DNA from: Thermoplasmata archaeon
Lineage (GTDB): Archaea > Thermoplasmatota > Thermoplasmata > Thermoplasmatales > ARK-15
Direction of reading: 5' to 3'
DNA: 44,986 nucleotides
NCBI GenBank assembly: GCA_039794005.1
Contig: JBAMMA010000004.1
Coordinates: forward strand, 1-44,986
Below, piece after piece: positions 37,964 to 44,986 of the stretch; the first letter of the stretch is position 1; each line of letters begins with the position of its first letter. The position numbers and the translations under genes are program-made. A model generated the notes under the pieces. That model saw only the letters and a program-made list of their open reading frames with translations. It was not told the origin of the DNA and did no database searches.

Positions 37964-39130
37964 ATGGATGCTTATATAGTAGGGGCAGTTAGAACGCCAA
38001 TTGGTAAGTATGGTAAAGCATTTTTAAATGTTCCAGCCGTTGAATTGGGGAAAATTGCCGTAAAGGAGCTATTAAATCGAACAAGAGTAGATACTGAAAT
38101 GATAGACGAAGTGATAATGGGGAACGTTTTAAGCTGCGGGTTGGGCCAAAATCCATCAAGGCAGGTAGCTTTGAGATCTGGTTTTCCATATAGCATTGGT
38201 GCCTTTACTATGAATATGGTTTGTGGATCAGGACTCAAGTCAGTAATGCTTGCTGCACAGGCAATAAAGGCTGGGGATATGGATATGATAGTTGCAGGCG
38301 GTATAGAGAATATGAGCCAGGCACCATACTACGTTAAAGGTGCTAGGTTTGGTCTAAAATATGAAAACACTATTTTATACGATGAAATGATAATGGATGG
38401 ACTTTGGGATGTTTATCATGATGTTCACATGATAAAGACTGGGGAGGTGATTGCCGAAAAGTACAATTTAAATAGGGAAGAAATTGATTATTTTGCCTAT
38501 CAAAGTCATATGAAGGCCTTAAAAGCTACTGAATCTGGAAGATTTAAAGAGGAAATAGTTCCAGTAAAAACAGAAAATGGAATCATTGATAAAGATGAAG
38601 GTATAAGACCAGACACCTCACCAGAAAAATTGGCCAAATTAAATCCTGTTTTGAAGGATGGAAAGTATGTCACAGCGGGAAATGCATCTCAGCTAAGTGA
38701 TGGAGCTGCTGCAGTTTTGGTAGTTAGTGAGAAAAAAATGGAAGAATTAAATCTAAAACCCCTCGCAAAAATAGTATCATACAATGAAGTTGGTGTTGAA
38801 CCTCTACTTGTAATGGAAGCTCCAATACATGGTGTCAGAAAATTATTGAATAAGATGAATATGAAAATTGATCAGATCGACGTGGTAGAACATAATGAGG
38901 CGTACGCTTCTGCAAGCGTAGCCGTTAGAAAAGAGCTGAATATTCCTGAGGAGAGATTTAACATCCATGGAGGGGCTGTAGCTCTTGGCCATCCAATAGG
39001 AGCAAGTGGGGCAAGGGTTCTAACAACTCTGATTTATAATTTGATAGAAGTAAAGGGCAGGTATGGTATTGCAACGCTTTGCCTTGGAGGAGGAAATGCC
39101 GTAACGATGTTAATTGAAAATATGAGGTGA
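37964..39130 (+). CDS. Acetyl-CoA C-acetyltransferase (thiolase)
   Basis: VRTPIG, VCGSGL (catalytic Cys), [18 protein letters not shown]. Confidence 0.95.
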   Translation: MDAYIVGAVRTPIGKYGKAFLNVPAVELGKIAVKELLNRTRVDTEMIDEVIMGNVLSCGLGQNPSRQVALRSGFPYSIGAFTMNMVCGSGLKSVMLAAQAIKAGDMDMIVAGGIENMSQAPYYVKGARFGLKYENTILYDEMIMDGLWDVYHDVHMIKTGEVIAEKYNLNREEIDYFAYQSHMKALKATESGRFKEEIVPVKTENGIIDKDEGIRPDTSPEKLAKLNPVLKDGKYVTAGNASQLSDGAAAVLVVSEKKMEELNLKPLAKIVSYNEVGVEPLLVMEAPIHGVRKLLNKMNMKIDQIDVVEHNEAYASASVAVRKELNIPEERFNIHGGAVALGHPIGASGARVLTTLIYNLIEVKGRYGIATLCLGGGNAVTMLIENMR

Positions 39131-39135
39131 TAAAA

Positions 39136-39978
39136 ATGAGAGTAGCAGTTTTTGGATCTGGAACTATGGGAAGTGGAATAGCACAAGTTTTTGCCACATA
39201 TGGACATAACGTAATAATGATAGATATAGACAAGAAGATACTGGAAAATGCACTAAACAACATTAGGAAAAGCTTGAATAAACTTTATGAAAAAAAGGCA
39301 ATAAAAGAAGAGCCTGAAACGATCATTTCAAGAATAAACATAGGAGATGATCCAGGATATTCTAGCGGGGCAGATTTCATAATAGAGGCGATAGTTGAAA
39401 AAGAGGAATTAAAAATTGAACTTTTCAAAAAACTGGATAAATTGCATGATAAAAATGTAATATTTGCAACGAATACTTCTTCCATTTCGATTACAAAACT
39501 TGCCTCGGCAACTTCTAGGCCTGACAAGTTCGTAGGTATGCATTTCTTCAATCCAGTACCTTTGATGAAACTTGTTGAAGTAGTCAGAGGAGAAAGAACT
39601 AGCGATGAAACAGTAAATTACGTTTACGACCTTGCAAAATCACTTGAAAAGATACCTGTAAAGGTCCAGGATTATCCTGGGTTTGTGGCAAATAGAATTT
39701 TAATGCCTCTAATAAATGAAGCAATACTATCATTGAGCGAAGGAGTTGCTACAGCTGAAGATATTGATCAGGTTGCAAAATATGGGTTAAATCATCCAAT
39801 GGGACCTCTGGAACTAGCAGATTTGATTGGTCTTGATGTCTGTCTAGATATAATGAACGTCCTTTATAAGGACCTAGGGGATCCAAAATATGCACCTGCT
39901 CCACTATTAAAAAGAATGGTCGCGGCTGGAAAATTGGGAAGAAAGACAGGTGAAGGATTTTATAAGTACAACAAATAA
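39136..39978 (+). CDS. hbd: 3-hydroxybutyryl-CoA dehydrogenase
   Basis: [34 protein letters not shown]. Start placed at ATG 39136 after GAGGTGA. Confidence 0.92.
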   Translation: MRVAVFGSGTMGSGIAQVFATYGHNVIMIDIDKKILENALNNIRKSLNKLYEKKAIKEEPETIISRINIGDDPGYSSGADFIIEAIVEKEELKIELFKKLDKLHDKNVIFATNTSSISITKLASATSRPDKFVGMHFFNPVPLMKLVEVVRGERTSDETVNYVYDLAKSLEKIPVKVQDYPGFVANRILMPLINEAILSLSEGVATAEDIDQVAKYGLNHPMGPLELADLIGLDVCLDIMNVLYKDLGDPKYAPAPLLKRMVAAGKLGRKTGEGFYKYNK

Positions 39979-41175
39979 TTATATAATTAATTCTTTGCCA
40001 TTTTTTATTACTTTTTTCACGAGATTTATTCCGAAATGGTATCCAATGTGAGTATATTCTGGTATGTCCAGAATTATAATATCAGCGTCATAACCCTCTT
40101 CAATCAGGCCTTTATTATTAAAACCTGCGGCCAATGCTGCGTTAAACGTTGATGCCGTTATTGCTTCTTCGATCTTCATTTTCATATTGTAAACAGACAG
40201 GGAGATTATTTCCTGCATATTTTCATTATAACAATTTGGGTTTAGATCTGTTGCTAAGGCTATTGAAAGTCCATAATCTATCATTTTTCTTGCATTCGCA
40301 TATTTATTTTGCATCATTGTCAAAGATGTTCCGGGCAATAGAACCAAAATTGTATTTTTTAAATATTGATAATTTGATTCTGGTAGATTTAAAAGATGAT
40401 CCATTGTATGTATTTTAAATTCTTTTGCCAATGAGGAACATCCAATGTATTTTAATTCATCAGCATGAAGCTTTAATTTAAATCCCATTTTCTGGGATTT
40501 TTCCAATATCTCTTTGGTATCATTCAATGAAAATGCGCCCTCATCACAAAAAACATCTACAAAATCTATATGATTTCTCTTCTCCTCCAGAATCTCAAAC
40601 ATTTCATTTAGGAATGTTTCATAATTTATGTCCTTTGGTATAACATGAAAAAGAAATGTTTTCCTTACATCAATGATTTCCATTTTTGATATCTTATCAA
40701 TTACGTTAAGAATTTTCATTTCATTCTTATAATCTAAACCGTATCCGGTTTTAATCTCAACCGATAAGGTACCATGCTTTACCATGTTTTTTATTCTTTT
40801 AAAAGATTCATTGAATATATCTTCTTCAGATGTTTTTCTTAAGTTATTAACAGTATAGTATATTCCACCACCTGAATTCAATATATCCAAATAGCTCTTA
40901 CCCTCTAGCTTCATTTTCAACTCAAAATCTCTATATCCAGAAAATACAGCATGTGTATGAGGATCAACAAATGCTGGCATTACAACTCCTTTTTCTGCAT
41001 CAATCTTTTTATATTTTACATCTGGATATTCATTTGTAATCTTAACAATTTTTCCATTTTCAATCCATATTTTCTTATCACTGTAAATTTTCAACCTCCC
41101 CATTTCCCTTCCATAAATAGGAATGGATGATTTTAAGGGAGAGATTATTTGTGATGCATTTTCTATTACGATCAT
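39979..41175 (-). CDS. hutI: Imidazolonepropionase
   Basis: DPHTHAVF, GGGIYYTV, EIKTGYGL, DVFCDEGAF, LHADEL, ALATDLNP. Confidence 0.92.
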   Translation of the reverse strand: MIVIENASQIISPLKSSIPIYGREMGRLKIYSDKKIWIENGKIVKITNEYPDVKYKKIDAEKGVVMPAFVDPHTHAVFSGYRDFELKMKLEGKSYLDILNSGGGIYYTVNNLRKTSEEDIFNESFKRIKNMVKHGTLSVEIKTGYGLDYKNEMKILNVIDKISKMEIIDVRKTFLFHVIPKDINYETFLNEMFEILEEKRNHIDFVDVFCDEGAFSLNDTKEILEKSQKMGFKLKLHADELKYIGCSSLAKEFKIHTMDHLLNLPESNYQYLKNTILVLLPGTSLTMMQNKYANARKMIDYGLSIALATDLNPNCYNENMQEIISLSVYNMKMKIEEAITASTFNAALAAGFNNKGLIEEGYDADIIILDIPEYTHIGYHFGINLVKKVIKNGKELII

Positions 41176-41774
41176 AATTCTTCAATCAAATCAAAAATTT
41201 TCTTTTTGTTGTTTTCCATCCTTTCTTTAGATATTTTGTTCCAATTGTTTCCATTTGGGTCTATTGATACAATCAATGGACCAAAATTCTCTGCCCTTAT
41301 GATCCATATGGCTTCAGGTGAACCTAATTCTTCTAAGAAATAGACATTCAAAACCTCCTTAAAACTTTTAGCTGCTAATGCTCCTGCACCTCCTGTGTAT
41401 GTTGCGTAAATACCCTTCACGTTCTTAAGAGCCTCTGCAGTCCTATCGCCCATGCCCCCTTTTCCAACAATAAACCTAACACCATAATATTCAATTATTT
41501 CCTTTTCAAATAAATCCATTCTTGCGGAAGTTGTTGGACCAGCAGCAAGTATTTCCCATTTTCCATTGTTGTTTTTAACTACTGGACCACAATGATAAAG
41601 AACCATTTTAGATGGGTCAAATTGCAATTTTTCACCTTTTTCATGCAATTCCAGCATCAATTGATGAGCCTCATCCCTGGCCGTAAACAATAATCCTGAT
41701 ATGTAAAGTATATCTCCTATCTTCAAATCTTTTAATTTTTCAAAATCTTCTGGAATTTTTAAATTATAGATCAT
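41172..41774 (-). CDS. Class I fumarate hydratase (Fe-S hydro-lyase) beta subunit
   Basis: TARDEAH, YHCGP, GPTTSARM, GKGGM. Confidence 0.9.
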   Translation of the reverse strand: MIYNLKIPEDFEKLKDLKIGDILYISGLLFTARDEAHQLMLELHEKGEKLQFDPSKMVLYHCGPVVKNNNGKWEILAAGPTTSARMDLFEKEIIEYYGVRFIVGKGGMGDRTAEALKNVKGIYATYTGGAGALAAKSFKEVLNVYFLEELGSPEAIWIIRAENFGPLIVSIDPNGNNWNKISKERMENNKKKIFDLIEEL

Positions 41775-42628
41775 TGTTTCACCTCCACATTTCCCTTAGA
41801 ATCTATTTTCATATATGCTCTCCTATCAGCCCAGCATTGAACAACCAAACCTACAGGAAAAGATGCTGGATGCCTGTATGCATATTCGATATGAACATCT
41901 AAAACAGAATATTTCCCTCCCCATCCCATTGTACCTATCTCTGTCATGTTTGCTAGATTTAATATTTCCTCCTCAAGCTTTGCAACTCTCTCTTCTTCAT
42001 GTCTATGCCCCAATGGTCTCAACAATGCTCTTTTTGCAAGATTCATAGCTAAGTCAGATCCACCACCTATTCCTATTCCAAGAATAGTAGGAGGACATGG
42101 TGTTGCACCAGCTTTTATTATGCTCTCAATAACGAACTTTTTCATTCCCTTTATACCTTCTCCTGGTTTTAACATTCCCAATGCGGATGCATTTTCTGAT
42201 CCTCCACCCTTTGGTAAAATGTATATAATAGCATCATCCCCATCCCTTAAATACCAATTTATGTAAGGTATGAATCTCCCAATATTATTGCCGGGATTTT
42301 TACCTGAAAATGGGTCTACCGCATTTGGTCTTATATAATATAAATTTGTTGCTCTTTCGACGGATCTTTTTATTGAATTGACGAGTTCCTTTTTAAATGG
42401 AAAATCGTATCCTGCGTCAATAAAAAATGTTTGAGTCCCAGTATCCTGGCAAATTGGTAATTTTTTATCCTTTGCATATCTTACATTTTCCAAAATTGAA
42501 GCGAGTTGAGACTTAGAAACATCATTTTCCTCATTTTTCCATGCATTTTCAAGAAATTTAAAAACATCTTCTGGTATTGTTGTCTCAGCCAATCTAATGG
42601 CTTCCAAAATTTTTTCTTCAATATCCAT
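41771..42628 (-). CDS. Class I fumarate hydratase (Fe-S hydro-lyase) alpha subunit
   Basis: PICQDTG, KGGGSEN, PCPP, RHPAS, QCWADR. Confidence 0.9.
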   Translation of the reverse strand: MDIEEKILEAIRLAETTIPEDVFKFLENAWKNEENDVSKSQLASILENVRYAKDKKLPICQDTGTQTFFIDAGYDFPFKKELVNSIKRSVERATNLYYIRPNAVDPFSGKNPGNNIGRFIPYINWYLRDGDDAIIYILPKGGGSENASALGMLKPGEGIKGMKKFVIESIIKAGATPCPPTILGIGIGGGSDLAMNLAKRALLRPLGHRHEEERVAKLEEEILNLANMTEIGTMGWGGKYSVLDVHIEYAYRHPASFPVGLVVQCWADRRAYMKIDSKGNVEVKQ

Positions 42629-42943
42629 AATCTATAATCTCTTTATGATATATTATATTTTTTTAATTTCTCTCATATATAGATAAATGTAAATTAAATC
42701 CTGCCAATTCCTTTCATTTAAAAATAAAAACGTTAAAAATCAATTGTTTAATTGAAAATAAAAAAAATAAAAATAAAAATTTTTATATTAAAATTTATAT
42801 GGAAATTTTTTATAAATAAAAATAACTTATTACAATCAATGCTGGGATATAAAATCATAATTATAGCAATATCAATAGCATATTATAAAAGAAAATTATT
42901 GTGAATGCATGGAACTTTTTAAACTAGATAGATTTTTATATAA

Positions 42944-44341
<1,398 letters not shown>

Positions 44342-44349
<8 letters not shown>

Positions 44350-44878
44350 AATTTATATAAACATATATTTTATATTTTTCTCCCATTTTCATTTTATAAT
44401 ATTCTGATAATTTTTTCGATGATACTATTTCAATTGTATCCACATAATTACTTTTCTCGGGAAATATTAAAACACATTTTTCATCGAATATTTTACAATT
44501 ATAAATAAGAACGGCTCCATGGTCCTTATCACCTTCTATGACAATGTTTTGAAATTTTTTTAAAAAAAATATCAAATTTTTGTAAATTTTTTCAAGTTTA
44601 AGGTTCAATGTTCCCGGATATGGTTCATCATTCAAAATTTCTTTAAACCTATTATAATAATATGGATCCGAAATAAATATATTTGCCTTTCCAAGACCGC
44701 TTACATATGTTCCAGATATTTCTACCCCCTCTTTAAATTTTAAAATTAATTTATCGCAATTCATTTTTATATATTCCAATAATTTATTAAAATTCCTGTT
44801 ATCAATAAGATATTCATCTAAATAATTATCCCCAGTAAATAAAGATTTCATTATTTTATCACACTTCAATTCATTCAT
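44342..44878 (-). CDS. ribK: CTP-dependent riboflavin kinase (archaeal)
   Basis: GTYVSGLGKA, PYPGTLNL, IEIVS...L. Confidence 0.8.
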
Positions 44879-44909
44879 GAAATAAAAATTAAAAAAGGAT
44901 TAAAAAATT

Positions 44910-44984
44910 TTAATAATTTCCTGATAGATTATTCAAAATTGTATTTGCAACGTTCTGGTCCTCAAAGTAGCTTATTCCCCCAAA
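44910..44984 (-). CDS. Possible 3' end of an unidentified CDS running off the window
   Basis: Open frame FGGISYFEDQNVANTILNNLSGNY* ending just upstream of ribK; too short to identify. Confidence 0.35.
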   Translation of the reverse strand, partial: FGGISYFEDQNVANTILNNLSGNY

Positions 44985-44986
44985 AG

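Noticed and set aside
37903-37965. 21-aa hydrophobic N-terminal extension of ValRS in the ORF track
   Set aside because: It would overlap the thiolase start and span the promoter; MNYDPK at 37902 matches the usual ValRS N-terminus.

Overview
AT-rich archaeal chromosomal segment, most likely Thermoplasmata. This is inferred from the CoaD-ITPase fusion, CTP-dependent riboflavin kinase, archaeal-type ValRS, class III signal peptides and GAGGTGA ribosome-binding sites. Positions 1-5 kb hold decayed genes (IS1634-like transposase remnants, a dead MFS paralog, an OsmC remnant) around one intact DHA2-type MFS transporter. Positions 5-12 kb encode two tandem STAND-like NTPase-wHTH-TPR paralogs (one with a degenerate P-loop, one intact), followed by a small-beta-barrel/coiled-coil/inactive KaiC-like protein. 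Positions 12-35 kb contain two paralogous archaeal type IV pilus (Tad-like) gene sets. Each set has two ATPases (one TGH His-box, one TGK), two TadC-like proteins, a ~280-aa pilin-like protein and a ~1400-aa surface protein with a transmembrane helix and cytoplasmic zinc ribbons. A single short pilin sits at the junction and an Sm-like gene is coupled to one set. Positions 31-45 kb are mostly housekeeping: DHH phosphoesterase, coaD-ITPase, valS (KMSKS replaced by PMHAH), thiolase, hbd, hutI, fumarase alpha/beta, pyrBI and ribK. No CRISPR array, rRNA or tRNA was recognised. All calls are by-eye motif recognition; no database searches were run.
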